DNA of 64,000 bases from Synechococcus sp. (GCA_047285305.1 JBJBDL010000003.1:422892-486891); one strand, 5' to 3'; shown: positions 1 to 10,485, counted from the first letter of the stretch. Translations and numbers: made by a program. The notes: generated by a model from the sequence alone, not told the origin.

Positions 1-1051
1 ACTGCTCGAGGAGCTCCCGCTCCACATCACTGATCCGCTTCGGCAGGTCCACGGTGACCGTCACGCGCTGATCACCCCGTGCCACCGGATTCCCCAGCTT
101 GGGAATGCCCAGATTCGGCAGGGTAAGCACCGTGCCGGGCTGGGTGCCGGCGGGGATGTCCAGCTCCTTGCTGCCATCCACTGTTTCCACCTCAATGGTG
201 TCGCCAAGAATCGCCTGGAGGTAGCTGACCTTGACCTCCGAGAAGATGTTCAGGCCATCCCGCTGCAAGCGCGGGTGATTGCGAACGGTGAGGAAAACGT
301 AAAGGTCACCGGACGGGCCTCCCCGGGGTCCGGCGTTGCCTTCGCCAGTCACACGAAGCCGTGTTCCCGTGTCCACCCCGGCAGGGATGTTGATCCGCAA
401 CTTCTTGCGCACCTGTTTGACACCCTGGCCACCACAGGACCCGCATGGATCCGAAATCACCTGGCCCGTGCCTCCGCAGTTGGGGCACTCAGCGACCTGG
501 GTGAAACTGCCGAAAGGAGTCCTGGTGGCACGGCGCACCTGCCCGGCGCCGCCACAAGTGCCACAGGTGGTGGGTCCACTGCCCGCTTTGGCACCGCTGC
601 CGCCGCAGGTGTCGCAGGTCTCAAGATGCGGGATCTTGATCTCCTGCTCCTGACCGAACACCGCCTGCTCGAAATCGATGGTCAGGTCGTAACGCAGGTC
701 ATCCCCCTGCTGAGCGCCCTGACGCCGCGGCCGACCAGCTCCAGCACCACCGGGTCCACCGAAGCCCTGAAAAAACGTCTCGAACAAATCCGCGAATCCG
801 CCCATGTCCCCCATGTCGGGGGCACCGGCCGCACCACCAAGTCCGGCTTCACCGAACTGGTCATAACGAGCCCTGGTCTGGGGATCACTGAGCACCTCGT
901 AGGCGCGGCCGATTTCCTTGAAACGATCTTCAGCTCCCGGATCTTTGTTGATGTCGGGGTGGTACTGACGCGCCATGCGCCGATAAGCCCTCTTGAGGCT
1001 GTCGGGATCCACATCCCGGCTGACGCCAAGCAGGTCGTAGAAGTCGGCCAT
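1..1051 (-). CDS. dnaJ: Chaperone DnaJ (Hsp40); 3' end lies beyond the left window edge
   Basis: Absent from the ORF track because the frame runs off the edge. The minus-strand ATG at 1051-1049 overlaps the grpE stop (TGATG). My translation gives [37 protein letters not shown] (J domain with HPD), a G/F-rich linker and four CxxCxGxG zinc-finger repeats ([32 protein letters not shown]). There is no stop before position 1. Confidence 0.9.
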   Translation of the reverse strand, partial: MADFYDLLGVSRDVDPDSLKRAYRRMARQYHPDINKDPGAEDRFKEIGRAYEVLSDPQTRARYDQFGEAGLGGAAGAPDMGDMGGFADLFETFFQGFGGPGGAGAGRPRRQGAQQGDDLRYDLTIDFEQAVFGQEQEIKIPHLETCDTCGGSGAKAGSGPTTCGTCGGAGQVRRATRTPFGSFTQVAECPNCGGTGQVISDPCGSCGGQGVKQVRKKLRINIPAGVDTGTRLRVTGEGNAGPRGGPSGDLYVFLTVRNHPRLQRDGLNIFSEVKVSYLQAILGDTIEVETVDGSKELDIPAGTQPGTVLTLPNLGIPKLGNPVARGDQRVTVTVDLPKRISDVERELLEQ

Positions 1052-1728
1052 CAGGCCTCCTCCGCCGTCTGATCCGGTGCCGCTGCGGCCTCAGCGGGCG
1101 CTGACACTGGATCGGATGGTCCTGGACCCATTGACACCTTCACCATGGCGTGGCGCAGCACGCGCCCATCGCGGTGGTAGCCGCGCTGAAGCTCCTCGCA
1201 GACCACGTCCTCAGCGAACTCGCTGCTTTCCTCCCGCAGCACGGCCTCATGCAGATTGGGGTCGAACTCCTGGCCAACCACTTCCATCCGGGCCACCCCC
1301 TGCTGCTTCAGCACCTCCACCAATTGCTTGTACAGACCCTGGTAACTACGGTGCAGCGCTTGGGCTTCCTCACCTTCAGGATTCAGCTGCTGACGAGCCC
1401 GCTCGAAGTTGTCGACAACGGGGAGAATCTCCGTGAGGGTCGAGCAGACCAGCTGCTGACGCATATCGTCCTGATCGCGGCTCTGGCGCTTGCGGAAGTT
1501 GTCGAAATCCGCCGCAATGCGCATGTATTGGCTGTTGAGCGTCTCGTACTCCTGCTTCAACGCGCTCAACTCCTGCTCGAGCTGCTGCATCCGATCCGCC
1601 GGATCCACCGCTGCAGGAGCCTGTTCAGACGTCGCCTCGGGCGCATCAGGAGCGGACTCCGGCGTGGCTGGAACAGCACCGGACGCAACGGTCTGGTCCT
1701 GCTCTGGGGTGGAGGCGTCGCCGCTCAT
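1051..1728 (-). CDS. grpE: Nucleotide exchange factor GrpE
   Basis: 225-aa ORF with an Ala/Pro/acidic N-terminus, a coiled coil ([32 protein letters not shown]) and a C-terminal domain ([12 protein letters not shown]...[14 protein letters not shown]). It lies directly upstream of dnaJ and overlaps it. Confidence 0.95.
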   Translation of the reverse strand: MSGDASTPEQDQTVASGAVPATPESAPDAPEATSEQAPAAVDPADRMQQLEQELSALKQEYETLNSQYMRIAADFDNFRKRQSRDQDDMRQQLVCSTLTEILPVVDNFERARQQLNPEGEEAQALHRSYQGLYKQLVEVLKQQGVARMEVVGQEFDPNLHEAVLREESSEFAEDVVCEELQRGYHRDGRVLRHAMVKVSMGPGPSDPVSAPAEAAAAPDQTAEEA

Positions 1729-1960
1729 GCTGACCGCTCAGGGATTGCTGTTTAGACATGTTGAAGGGCAACGCTTACCTCCCACAAGCTGCGGAAGCCC
1801 GCACCTCCGTCGCCATCAATGACTCTGACGCTGCTCACCCCCGATGCCGGCGAGACGGCACGGCAGCGTTTCTCCCTTGAATTGCTGTTCCAGCAACCGG
1901 TTCCGAGCCCAGAGCAACTGCTGGAAAGCCGCAAGCTGCTCAGCGACGCCCTCCCGGACG

Positions 1961-3292
1961 TCAGCCTGAATCAATGGGGAGCACTGCAGCGATGGCCTGG
2001 CCCGCCAGCCAACCGCCGCTCCAGCAAGCCTGAAAGTTGAAACCGCCGGTCACCCCATCCACATCCAGCAGTTCACCCGCCAGGTAAAGACCGGGGCAGC
2101 GGCGGCTCTCCATCGTGGCCAGGTTGACCTCCCCCAAGGCGACACCGCCGGCGGTGACGAACTCCTCCCCAAAGGGTCCACGTCCCTGGATCGGCACACT
2201 CTGCGCACAGAGCAGCTCCACCAATCGACGCTCAGCCTTGATCGGCAGATCCGCCCAACGGCGCTCTGGCTCTACCCCAGCCATGGTCAAAAAGGCTTGC
2301 CACAACCGCCGCGGAAGATGTTCGAAGGGCTTTGCTGCTGAAAGGGTTCGCCGGGCCTGCTCCTGTCGCCATTGCTGAAACCGCTCGGTCAGCCCCGACC
2401 GCCCCAAGCCAGCACTCCAATCCAACTTCAGCTCACCCTTGTAGCGGTTCTGATGCAGGGCCCTGGCAGCAAAGGCTGAGAGGCGCAACGTGGCGGGTCC
2501 ACTCAGACCACGGTGGGTGATCAGGACCCGCCCGGTCTGGCGGAAGCGCTGATCGCCCAGCTTGAGATCAAGGCCCACATCGTCGATGGCAATGCCAGTG
2601 CAGGCCGACAGGGCCGGTGCCTGCAGGGCAAGGCTGAACAGCGATGGCACCGGCGGCACCACCTGGTGGCCGAGGGCTGCCGCCAGGTTTCGGCCACTTG
2701 GATGCCCCCCCGTGGCCAACATCAAGCAGCCCCCATGCAAAGGCTCGAGGCCGCGGCCCTCGAGCACAAACCCCCCCTCGGGGTGAACGCGCACCTGCTG
2801 GACCATGGCCTTCGTGCGCAGCTGGACACCCGATGCCCTTGCCGCCTTCTGCAGGCACTGAATTACGGCCTCAGAACGGTTCTGCTGCGGAAACATCCGT
2901 CCATCAGGTTCCTCCACCAGCGTGAGCCCATGCTCGTCAAACCAGGCGATCGCCTCGCCGCAGGCGAAGCGACTGAAGGGGCCCCGCAGGGGTCGACTGC
3001 CACGGGGGTAATGAGTCGCTAGTTCGCGGGGGTCCCAGCAGGCATGGGTCACATTGCAGCGACCGCCACCGCTGATGCGCACCTTCTGGAGGGGCTCAGG
3101 GGTGCCTTCCAGCACCAGCACATGCCGAACGCCCTGCTCGGCTGCAGTGATCGCCGCCATGTACCCGGCAGGACCACCGCCAACAACAATCAGATCAAGC
3201 GGGCTGGAAGCGGAGGGCGACACCGTTGTTGCAATAACGCTTGCCGGTGGGTCGCGGTCCGTCATTGAACACGTGGCCCTGGTGCCCACCAC
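1961..3292 (-). CDS. HI0933/BaiN-like FAD flavoprotein (NAD(FAD)-utilizing dehydrogenase family)
   Basis: 443-aa ORF with the dinucleotide fold DLIVVGGGPAGYMAAITAAE and an RISGGGRCNVTH motif. The start is uncertain: ATG at 3292 or 3265, or in-frame GTG at 3223. Every option overlaps the msrB 3' end (stop at 3195) by at least 29 nt. Confidence 0.8.
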   Translation of the reverse strand: MVGTRATCSMTDRDPPASVIATTVSPSASSPLDLIVVGGGPAGYMAAITAAEQGVRHVLVLEGTPEPLQKVRISGGGRCNVTHACWDPRELATHYPRGSRPLRGPFSRFACGEAIAWFDEHGLTLVEEPDGRMFPQQNRSEAVIQCLQKAARASGVQLRTKAMVQQVRVHPEGGFVLEGRGLEPLHGGCLMLATGGHPSGRNLAAALGHQVVPPVPSLFSLALQAPALSACTGIAIDDVGLDLKLGDQRFRQTGRVLITHRGLSGPATLRLSAFAARALHQNRYKGELKLDWSAGLGRSGLTERFQQWRQEQARRTLSAAKPFEHLPRRLWQAFLTMAGVEPERRWADLPIKAERRLVELLCAQSVPIQGRGPFGEEFVTAGGVALGEVNLATMESRRCPGLYLAGELLDVDGVTGGFNFQACWSGGWLAGQAIAAVLPIDSG

Positions 3293-3698
3293 AACGGCTG
3301 CAGTGGTATTCCGTGCGCGGCAGGATCAATTTGAAATCTACTTTCGTGGCGATGGCTCCATCTAGGGGCTGCCAGAAGCTGGGCCAGCCGGTGCCGCTAT
3401 CGAATTTGGCATCCGACGAAAACAAGGCTGCATCACACCCAGCGCAGTGATAGGTGCCGGAACGCTTCTCCCCATTTAGCGAACTGGTGAACGGGCGCTC
3501 CGTTCCTTCATTGCGCAACACGTCATAGGCCTGGGGAGACAACCGCTCACGCCACTGGTCGGCATTGAGATTCCACGAGGGATCGCCAGCTTTGGATGCC
3601 GCCAGCACAGGCTGAGATCTCCACAGACTGCCAAACACCCCTGCCATTGCCGCCAACAGCAGCGATCGACGGGACAGAACGGCGGCACTCAAGCTCAT
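3195..3698 (-). CDS. msrB: Peptide-methionine (R)-S-oxide reductase MsrB with an N-terminal signal-like segment
   Basis: It has two CxxC zinc pairs (CAGCDAALF, CSRCGGHQGHVF) and the catalytic RYCNNG motif. The ORF track starts at 3758. I prefer the ATG at 3698 (MSLSAAVLSRRSLLLAAMAGVFG...AAS), which leaves a short divergent spacer to dusA. Confidence 0.85.
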   Translation of the reverse strand: MSLSAAVLSRRSLLLAAMAGVFGSLWRSQPVLAASKAGDPSWNLNADQWRERLSPQAYDVLRNEGTERPFTSSLNGEKRSGTYHCAGCDAALFSSDAKFDSGTGWPSFWQPLDGAIATKVDFKLILPRTEYHCSRCGGHQGHVFNDGPRPTGKRYCNNGVALRFQPA

Positions 3699-3738
3699 CG
3701 GTGCTGAAGCGGGAATCTCGAGCGGTTCTAATGGATTG

Positions 3739-4734
3739 ATGACTGCCTCCGGATCCACCGCTGCCTACCGCTTCAGTGTGGCCCCGATGCTGGATTGCAC
3801 CGACCGCCACTTCCGGGTGCTGATGCGGCAGATCAGCCGCAGAGCCCTGCTCTATAGCGAAATGGTGGTAGCCCAGGCGCTGCACCACAGCAAGCGACGC
3901 AACAAGCTGCTGGACTTTGATCCTGTGGAGCATCCCATCGCCCTGCAGGTGGGGGGGGAGGACCCAGTCCTGCTGGCCGAGGCGGCACGACTGGCGCAGG
4001 ACTGGGGCTACGACGAGATCAACCTCAATGTGGGTTGTCCCAGCCAGAAAGTGCAGGCCGGAAATTTCGGTGCCTGCCTGATGGCGGAACCGGATCTGGT
4101 CGCCCGCTGCGTGGAAGCCATGGTGGACGCAGGGGGACTCCCCGTGACCGTGAAGCATCGGATCGGCATTGATGATCTGGACAGCGATGCGCTGCTGACG
4201 AACTTCGTGGATCGGGTGGCGCTGGCGGGGGCCAGCCGCTTCGCTGTTCATGCCCGTAAGGCCTGGCTGGAGGGCCTCGATCCCAAGCAGAACAGGACGA
4301 TTCCTCCGCTCCAGCATGAGCGCGTGGTGGCGCTTAAGCAACGCCGCCCCGACCTGGTGATTGAACTCAACGGGGGGCTGGAATCCCCTGAAGACTGCCT
4401 TCAGGCACTGGAAGAGTGCGATGGCGCCATGGTTGGCCGAGCGGCCTACAGCCATCCCCTGCGCTGGACCAGCGTCGACGCCCTCATTTTCGGGGAGGAA
4501 TCACGCCAGATCCTGGCGTCAGACGTTGTGAACGGACTGGTTCCCCATGCGGCCGCTCATCTGGAGCGAGGGGGCCGAATCTGGGACCTCTGCCGTCACT
4601 TAGTGCAGCTGGTGGAAGGCGTTCGTGGTGCGCGGCACTGGCGCCGGGAGCTGGGAGAGAAAGCCCAGCGCCCAGGGGCCGATCTGGATGTGCTGCTCAA
4701 TGCCGGGCAGCAGCTCAAGGACGCAGGGCTCTGA
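3739..4734 (+). CDS. dusA: tRNA-dihydrouridine synthase A
   Basis: The N-terminus FSVAPMLDCTDRHFRVLMRQISRRALLYSEMV and the LNVGCPS motif are DusA-like. The track start at 3736 is TTG, and an ATG follows at 3739. Confidence 0.9.
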   Translation: MTASGSTAAYRFSVAPMLDCTDRHFRVLMRQISRRALLYSEMVVAQALHHSKRRNKLLDFDPVEHPIALQVGGEDPVLLAEAARLAQDWGYDEINLNVGCPSQKVQAGNFGACLMAEPDLVARCVEAMVDAGGLPVTVKHRIGIDDLDSDALLTNFVDRVALAGASRFAVHARKAWLEGLDPKQNRTIPPLQHERVVALKQRRPDLVIELNGGLESPEDCLQALEECDGAMVGRAAYSHPLRWTSVDALIFGEESRQILASDVVNGLVPHAAAHLERGGRIWDLCRHLVQLVEGVRGARHWRRELGEKAQRPGADLDVLLNAGQQLKDAGL

Positions 4735-4747
4735 TCAACGGCTGAGG

Positions 4748-5317
4748 TCAGCCCTCAGCTCCGCCGTAACCGGAATAGTCATCGCCACCGCCACTGGACG
4801 ATCCACGGCGACGACGGCTGCGACCTTCGTCGTAGGCATTGCCATCACCAGTGTTATCGCGGGCGCCATAGCTGCGGTCTTCCCAGCCCCGTGCACCGGA
4901 GGGACGATCGCCACCGCCACCGGCGTAACCACCGCCACCGCCACCGCCACCGGCGTAACCACCGCCACCGGCGTAACCACCGCCACCGCCACCGCCGCGA
5001 TAACCACCGCCACCACCGCCGTAGCCACCACCGCCGCCACCGCCATAACCGCCGCCGCCACGACGGGGGGCGCTGCCGCGGGGCTCAGCTTTATTGATCC
5101 GCAAAGGACGGCCCATCAGTTCTGCACCCTGCAGCCCCTCAATCGCTGCCACTTCGGTGGACTCATCGGCCATCTCAATGAAGGCAAAACCACGCTTGCG
5201 GCCTGTATCCCGCTCGAGGGGCAGCGCGCAGTTGGTCACTTCACCGAACTGGGCAAACAGTTCGATCACATCTTCCTGCTCAGCGCGGAAGGGAAGGTTG
5301 CCGACAAAAATGCTCAC
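4748..5317 (-). CDS. RRM-type RNA-binding protein with a long Gly/Tyr/Arg-rich tail
   Basis: RNP2 (IFVGNL) and RNP1 (KRGFAFIEM) motifs lie in the first ~80 aa. A ~110-aa GGY/RGG low-complexity C-terminus follows. Confidence 0.9.
   Translation of the reverse strand: MSIFVGNLPFRAEQEDVIELFAQFGEVTNCALPLERDTGRKRGFAFIEMADESTEVAAIEGLQGAELMGRPLRINKAEPRGSAPRRGGGGYGGGGGGGYGGGGGGYRGGGGGGGYAGGGGYAGGGGGGGGYAGGGGDRPSGARGWEDRSYGARDNTGDGNAYDEGRSRRRRGSSSGGGDDYSGYGGAEG
4910..5059 (-). repeat. Imperfect triplet (GGN/TAY codon) repeat encoding (G4-8Y)n
   Basis: The plus strand shows reiterated caccgccacc / ggcgtaacc units. This explains the spurious His/Arg-rich and Ala/Val/Thr-rich ORFs in other frames. Confidence 0.85.
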
Positions 5318-5443
5318 GTTTTGCGTGGACCGGGTACGAAACAGTGGACCGATGAGGCCTTGAACATTGCCATCGGGCCATGACTCCGGAACGAAGTGAC
5401 ATACCTTTGGCTGATTAAGCGTAGACCCGGTTAAGGGTGAGAG

Positions 5444-6862
5444 TCATCCCACCGGCTGAGTTCCGTTGAAACGCTGTAACCAGCGCTGAAGCTGTTCATC
5501 AACACGCTCAAATCCTGTCCCCCCTTCACTGCGACGGGCGGCCACAACAGCACGTGGAGCCAAGGCATCGTGCAGATCCGCCTCAAAGGCCGGGTGGAGT
5601 TCCTTCCAGGCACTCAGATCAAGATCCCGCAACAGACATCCCTGCTCTAGACAGCGTCGGACGACAGCACCGACCAATTGATAAGCCTCGCGAAATGGAA
5701 CACCACGAGACACCAGATAGTCGGCAACATCCGTTGCATTGGAGAAATCCTGCTCCACCGCTTCATTGAGGCGCTCGACTCTGAAATCAAGGCCTTCCTC
5801 AAACAAAATCGTCATCGCCTCAACGCAATCACGTGTTGTGCGGAAAGCATCAAACAGCGCCTCCTTGTCTTCCTGAAAATCCTTGTTGTAGGCCAGAGGA
5901 AGACCCTTGATCATGGTCAGCAACCCCTGGAGATGTCCGAAGACCCGTCCGGTCTTGCCCCGAACCAGCTCAGGCACATCGGGATTCTTCTTCTGGGGCA
6001 TCAGGCTGCTGCCCGTGGCACAGCGGTCGGTGAGCCGCACGAAGCCGAATTCCTCGGACGCCCAGGCGATCACCTCTTCCGCCAGACGGCTGAGGTGCAC
6101 CATCACCAAGGAGGCTGCAGCGGAGAACTCAATGCAGAAATCGCGATCACTGACCGCATCGAGGCTGTTGGCATAAACCACTGAAAAACCGAGCTCCTTC
6201 GCGGTGAGCTGGCGATCAATCGGGACCGGCGTGCCCGCCAAGGCAGCAGCGCCAAGCGGGCAGATGTTCACGCGTTTCCGCACATCCTGAAGTCGCTCAC
6301 GGTCGCGCTCCAGCATCTCGACATAGGCGAGCAGGTGATGGGCGAGACAAAGCGGCTGGGCACGCTGCAGGTGGGTGTACCCGGGAATCATGGTGCGGCG
6401 GTGGCGATCCGCCTGGGTCAGCAGCGCCCCCTGCAACCGCTGCAGATCCTGATCCAGGCCATCCAGCCGTCGCCGCAGCCAGAGGCGTAGGTCAGTCCCA
6501 ACCTGATCGTTGCGGCTGCGTCCGGTGTGCAACTTCTTGCCCACAGGACCGAGCAAGGCAATCAGCCGGCGTTCCACAGCGAAATGAACGTCCTCATCAG
6601 CCAAGCCAGGCTGGAAACTGCCGGATGCCGCCTCAGCACGAACGGTCTCCAGGCCCTCCACCAGCTGCTCAGCCTCCCCTTCCGTGATCACTCCGACGCT
6701 GGCGAGCATCCGAGCATGGGCGATCGACCCATCGAGATCCTCCTGAAGAAGGGTCAGGTCAAAACCGATGGAGGCGTTGAACGCCTCGATGAAGGGATGC
6801 AAACCCTGCTCAAAACGATCGCTCCAGGTGCCTGCTGCACCACCGGTCACCCCACCAGCCAT
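5444..6862 (-). CDS. argH: Argininosuccinate lyase
   Basis: WSDRFE near the N-terminus, the [10 protein letters not shown] motif and [16 protein letters not shown] (fumarate-lyase signature). The track start at 6916 overlaps the upstream gene, so the ATG at 6862 (MAGGVTGG...) is preferred. Confidence 0.92.
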   Translation of the reverse strand: MAGGVTGGAAGTWSDRFEQGLHPFIEAFNASIGFDLTLLQEDLDGSIAHARMLASVGVITEGEAEQLVEGLETVRAEAASGSFQPGLADEDVHFAVERRLIALLGPVGKKLHTGRSRNDQVGTDLRLWLRRRLDGLDQDLQRLQGALLTQADRHRRTMIPGYTHLQRAQPLCLAHHLLAYVEMLERDRERLQDVRKRVNICPLGAAALAGTPVPIDRQLTAKELGFSVVYANSLDAVSDRDFCIEFSAAASLVMVHLSRLAEEVIAWASEEFGFVRLTDRCATGSSLMPQKKNPDVPELVRGKTGRVFGHLQGLLTMIKGLPLAYNKDFQEDKEALFDAFRTTRDCVEAMTILFEEGLDFRVERLNEAVEQDFSNATDVADYLVSRGVPFREAYQLVGAVVRRCLEQGCLLRDLDLSAWKELHPAFEADLHDALAPRAVVAARRSEGGTGFERVDEQLQRWLQRFNGTQPVG

Positions 6863-6890
6863 CAATTCATCCGTCGATTTCCTCAGCTTG

Positions 6891-8303
6891 TCAGGCGATT
6901 GACCGTCCCTGCACACTTGGCAACGTGACCGCCTCCGGAACTTTCAGCACCACAAGCGACGCGTCATCCTCCAGCTGACGATCCGGACCAACAAAACGGT
7001 CCAAGCGTTCAAACAGGCTTTCAAGAATTCCCTGCGCTCCCTGACCACTGCGACAGGCCGTTTCAAGGGCACGAATCAGCCGCGCCTCATCGAAACGATC
7101 GCCCGTGATCCCCGGTGCTTCGGTGACACCATCGGTGTAGTAGAGCAACACGTCTCCCGGTTCAAGGCAAATCTCGCCAAGGGCGAACTCAGCTTCGGGT
7201 TGGAGACCGATCAGCAGCCCAGCCGCATCGAGCCGCATGATCACCCGTCGCTCAGCGCGCCAAAGCAGGGGCGGGTTGTGGGCCGCATTGGCATAACGCA
7301 ACCGCAGCGTGCGCGGATCCAGGTCGGAATAAAACAACGTCACAAACCGGTGCGACTGCGCCAGGTCTTCCTGCGCCAAGTGGTTGAGATCGTGAAGAAT
7401 CCGATCCGGTGGCAGACCGCTGAGGACCTCCGCACGCAGCATCCCGCGCAGCATCGTCATTAGCAGACCAGCGGGCACGCCCTTCCCCATGACATCACCC
7501 ATTACCAGGGCCCAGCGACCCCGCTCACGGCGTCGACCGATGAGTTCCGGACGGGTGGGAATGAAGTCGTAGTAGTCACCGCCCACCTGAAACGCAGGCC
7601 GACAGCGCGCGGCCAGATCAACGCCCTCGATCACCGGGCAACGATCCGGCAACAACTGGGCCTGAATCTCTGCACCAATGCTGAGTTGTCGATCCACCCG
7701 CTCATGCCGGCGAGCGTCCTGCAGCATCTGATCGTTTTCGATCGCAACACCAGCAAGATCCGCCACCAACTGAACGTGCCGACGGTGCACCTCGGTCCAG
7801 ACCAACGAGCCGTTACGGGCGTACACGTAAAGGCGGCCCCGCGTTCGACCACGGGCCGTCATAGACGTGGCAAACAAAACCGCTTTGGGAAGGCAGCGTT
7901 GCACCAGCCGGTCGAGCGCCAACAGCTGCTGATCGTCGCTGCCGAAGCCCACGGCAGAGCCGGGTTCAAAGGCTGCCAAACGCCGCAGCAGATCCTGGGA
8001 CGGCTCGGCTGGACTCCCCTGCAGCTGATCACGCCAGAGGCGACCATCCGACTGAAACGGAACAAGCAAGGCCCCCTCAACACCTACCAGCCGCGAGGCC
8101 ACAACAGGCACAAGCTCAAGAAAGCGCTGGAGGTTGGTGAAGCTGCGAAGGGCAAACCCCAGGGAGACCAATAGATCCTGATTGCGGCGCTGTTCGCTGC
8201 TGAGACTGTCAAACAGCTGACGCAATGAAGCCATGGCCTCAGGCGAGGGGTTCCCGGTCCGCTGCGCAGAGCTGGGATGACGTCCGGGCGGCTTGCTGCT
8301 CAA
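6891..8303 (-). CDS. PP2C/SpoIIE-family serine phosphatase with an N-terminal GAF-like sensor (RsbU-like)
   Basis: The C-terminal half has [23 protein letters not shown] and YTDGVTEA motifs typical of SpoIIE/PP2C. The start could also be the internal ATG at 8234. Confidence 0.8.
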   Translation of the reverse strand: MSSKPPGRHPSSAQRTGNPSPEAMASLRQLFDSLSSEQRRNQDLLVSLGFALRSFTNLQRFLELVPVVASRLVGVEGALLVPFQSDGRLWRDQLQGSPAEPSQDLLRRLAAFEPGSAVGFGSDDQQLLALDRLVQRCLPKAVLFATSMTARGRTRGRLYVYARNGSLVWTEVHRRHVQLVADLAGVAIENDQMLQDARRHERVDRQLSIGAEIQAQLLPDRCPVIEGVDLAARCRPAFQVGGDYYDFIPTRPELIGRRRERGRWALVMGDVMGKGVPAGLLMTMLRGMLRAEVLSGLPPDRILHDLNHLAQEDLAQSHRFVTLFYSDLDPRTLRLRYANAAHNPPLLWRAERRVIMRLDAAGLLIGLQPEAEFALGEICLEPGDVLLYYTDGVTEAPGITGDRFDEARLIRALETACRSGQGAQGILESLFERLDRFVGPDRQLEDDASLVVLKVPEAVTLPSVQGRSIA

Positions 8304-8338
8304 CCTCGCACCCCCAGGGTCCGCAAGGTAGCAACGCT

Positions 8339-9847
8339 TCAGCGTCCGGCCAGCAGAGCCTCAACGAATTCAAAACTGTTGAAGGGGCGCAAATCGCGAA
8401 TCCCTTCCCCAGCGCCGATGAAACGTATCGGCAATCCAGCCTCAGACGACACCGCCAGCGCGACACCGCCACGGGCCGTGCCATCGAGTTTGGTGATCAC
8501 AACGCCGGTGAGACCGGCCGCCTGGGCAAAGGCCATGGCCTGGCGAAGCCCGTTCTGACCCTGACTGGCATCAAGAACCAGCAGGGATTCAACCTTCGCC
8601 TCCGGCGCCAAACGGTCGATGATCTTTCTGACTTTTTCGAGTTCCTCCATCAGGTTGTGCTTGGTCTGCAAGCGTCCGGCGGTGTCCACCAACAGCAGAT
8701 CAGACTTGCGCGCGCGAGCGGCACCAATCGCGTCGAACACAACGGCAGCGGGGTCGGCATTGCTGCTGGGGTTGGACACCACTGGAACATCACTGCGCTC
8801 TCCCCAGACCTCAACCTGCTGGACAGCTGCAGCCCGGAAGGTGTCGGCGGCCGCGATCAGAGCTGAATAGCCGCTGCGAACAGCAAGGTTGGCAAGTTTT
8901 CCAAGGGTGGTGGTCTTACCAACCCCATTCACCCCCACCATCAACCAGATGTTGAGGCGATCCCGTTCGGGCGCCAGAAGAGGAACACCACTGGCCTGGA
9001 TCGGGGCATCCAACAAGCCAAGCAGCTGTTCCTTGAGGAAGCGAATCCCCTCCACAGGATCGACCACCTCCTCATTCATCCGCTGTCGCAGGGCATCCAG
9101 CACCTGATCGGTGGCCTGGACGCCAGCGTCCGCCCTCAGCAGGAGGGTTTCGAGATCGTCGAGAACCTCCGGCGTCAGCGGATCGTCACCGAGATTCTCC
9201 AGAAGGCTGGTGACAAAGCCCTGACGGGTCTTTTCAAGACCGCGGCGAAGTCGACCCAACCAATCGATTTCCTCGAGGGAAACCTGATCGACGCGACGGC
9301 CCTGGGCTGCAAGCACCTCGGCAGACCAGGTGAAATCCTGATCAAAGTCACCCAACTGCGGCTCTTCTGAGTCGACAGCTGGCGCAGAGGTGGGAGCCGG
9401 CGTAGGTGCAGGGGGAGCCTCGAGAGCCCGTTCATCCAGATCCTGCTGACGCTTCTGGCGTTGAGCCGCGGCCTGCTCCAACAGCGACAGTGCGGGGGCT
9501 GGTGCTGGAGACGGCGTCGGTAGAGGCGTTGGTAACGGTGCCGGTCCTGGTGTTGGGGTTGGTGAAGGCGCTGGTTCTGGACTAGGCGCAGGGGTGGGCT
9601 CGGGGGCCGCATCGGCAACAGAGGCCGCGGCCTGTTGTTGAGCCTTCAGCCGGGCATAGGCCTCGCGAGCCCAAACCAGAGCCTCATCCTCTTCCTCACT
9701 GGCTGAAGGAGCTGGAGTCGGCTCCGGCGCTACTGAAACGGAAGCATCAGTCCCACCAGCCGTCGGTTCCGACGTCGGCGCGGGGGTGGGCGTCGGCTGC
9801 GGCGTCGGTGATTCCTCAGCCTGTCGTTCGAACCAGTTGAACACCAT
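8339..9847 (-). CDS. ftsY: Signal-recognition-particle receptor FtsY
   Basis: NG domain with GVNGVGKTTTLGKLA, DTAGRL and ITKLDGTARGG motifs. The N-terminal ~190 aa are acidic and Pro/Thr/Ala-rich (PTPAPSPEPAPSPTPTPGPAPLPTPLPTPSPAPAPA, about 9491-9607). The start ATG overlaps the nusB stop (TGATG). Confidence 0.95.
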   Translation of the reverse strand: MVFNWFERQAEESPTPQPTPTPAPTSEPTAGGTDASVSVAPEPTPAPSASEEEDEALVWAREAYARLKAQQQAAASVADAAPEPTPAPSPEPAPSPTPTPGPAPLPTPLPTPSPAPAPALSLLEQAAAQRQKRQQDLDERALEAPPAPTPAPTSAPAVDSEEPQLGDFDQDFTWSAEVLAAQGRRVDQVSLEEIDWLGRLRRGLEKTRQGFVTSLLENLGDDPLTPEVLDDLETLLLRADAGVQATDQVLDALRQRMNEEVVDPVEGIRFLKEQLLGLLDAPIQASGVPLLAPERDRLNIWLMVGVNGVGKTTTLGKLANLAVRSGYSALIAAADTFRAAAVQQVEVWGERSDVPVVSNPSSNADPAAVVFDAIGAARARKSDLLLVDTAGRLQTKHNLMEELEKVRKIIDRLAPEAKVESLLVLDASQGQNGLRQAMAFAQAAGLTGVVITKLDGTARGGVALAVSSEAGLPIRFIGAGEGIRDLRPFNSFEFVEALLAGR

Positions 9848-10482
9848 CAGACCGATGCTTTCGATTGAGCGTCATGGAAGCGACGCAACACACCATTGAT
9901 CATCCGGCGACCCTGCTCATCGCTGTAACGGTTGGCCAGCTCAACCGCCTCGTTGAACGCCACCGGAGCCGGAGTGCGCAGGCTTTCGAGGTCAACGACA
10001 GCCAACCGGAGGATGTCTCGATCGATCCGCGGAAGCCGGGTCAGTCTCCAGCCCTCCATCACCTGATCCAACCGTTTGTCGATGCCCTCGCGCTGGGCGA
10101 GCACCTTCTGAACCCGCTCCATGGCGCCGCGGCGAATCTGCTCCTGGTCGCCAAGCAACAACAGCCGAGGCAACTCAAGACTGGCTGACAAACCATTCAG
10201 CACCTGTTCAGCGGAACTCAAAGAGGCGCGCAGATGGGTGCGGACGGTGTCATGGGTTCCTGGTTCGCCCTGCTGTAGCTCGCTGTCCAGCAGTGACTGC
10301 TGCGCTTGATCGAGCTCTGCAGCACTGGCATCAAGCGACTCACGCCAGTGCTGGGTGAGGGTGTCGAGGGCCTGGTCCAGGATCGAATCAAGGGACTGGT
10401 CAGCGACTGAGGCTGACTTGTGTTCCGACACCTGACCAAGCACCAGCAAGGCCAGCTCGCGTGTAAGGGATCGTGTGGCCAT
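9847..10482 (-). CDS. nusB: Transcription antitermination factor NusB
   Basis: 211 aa with RELALLVLGQ near the N-terminus and a C-terminal AVVDLESLRTPAPVAFNEAVELANRYSDEQGRRMINGVLRR block (NusB fold). Confidence 0.88.
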   Translation of the reverse strand: MATRSLTRELALLVLGQVSEHKSASVADQSLDSILDQALDTLTQHWRESLDASAAELDQAQQSLLDSELQQGEPGTHDTVRTHLRASLSSAEQVLNGLSASLELPRLLLLGDQEQIRRGAMERVQKVLAQREGIDKRLDQVMEGWRLTRLPRIDRDILRLAVVDLESLRTPAPVAFNEAVELANRYSDEQGRRMINGVLRRFHDAQSKASV

Positions 10483-10485
10483 GAC

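Noticed and set aside
1819-2040. 73-aa plus-strand ORF in the grpE upstream region (MTLTLLTPDAGETARQRFSLELLFQQ...)
   Set aside because: The first ~50 codons look mildly coding-like. However, the last 80 nt overlap the 3' end of the convergent flavoprotein gene, I recognise no motif, and the region is needed as the grpE promoter. It is kept only as a weak candidate to test by conservation.
4735-5383. ORFs encoding His/Arg-rich (4891-5097), Ala/Val/Thr-rich (4735-5061) and Thr/Ala-rich (4625-5383) polypeptides
   Set aside because: These are alternative-frame or antisense readings of the GGY triplet repeat of the RRM protein gene. The RRM frame has clear RNP1/RNP2 motifs.
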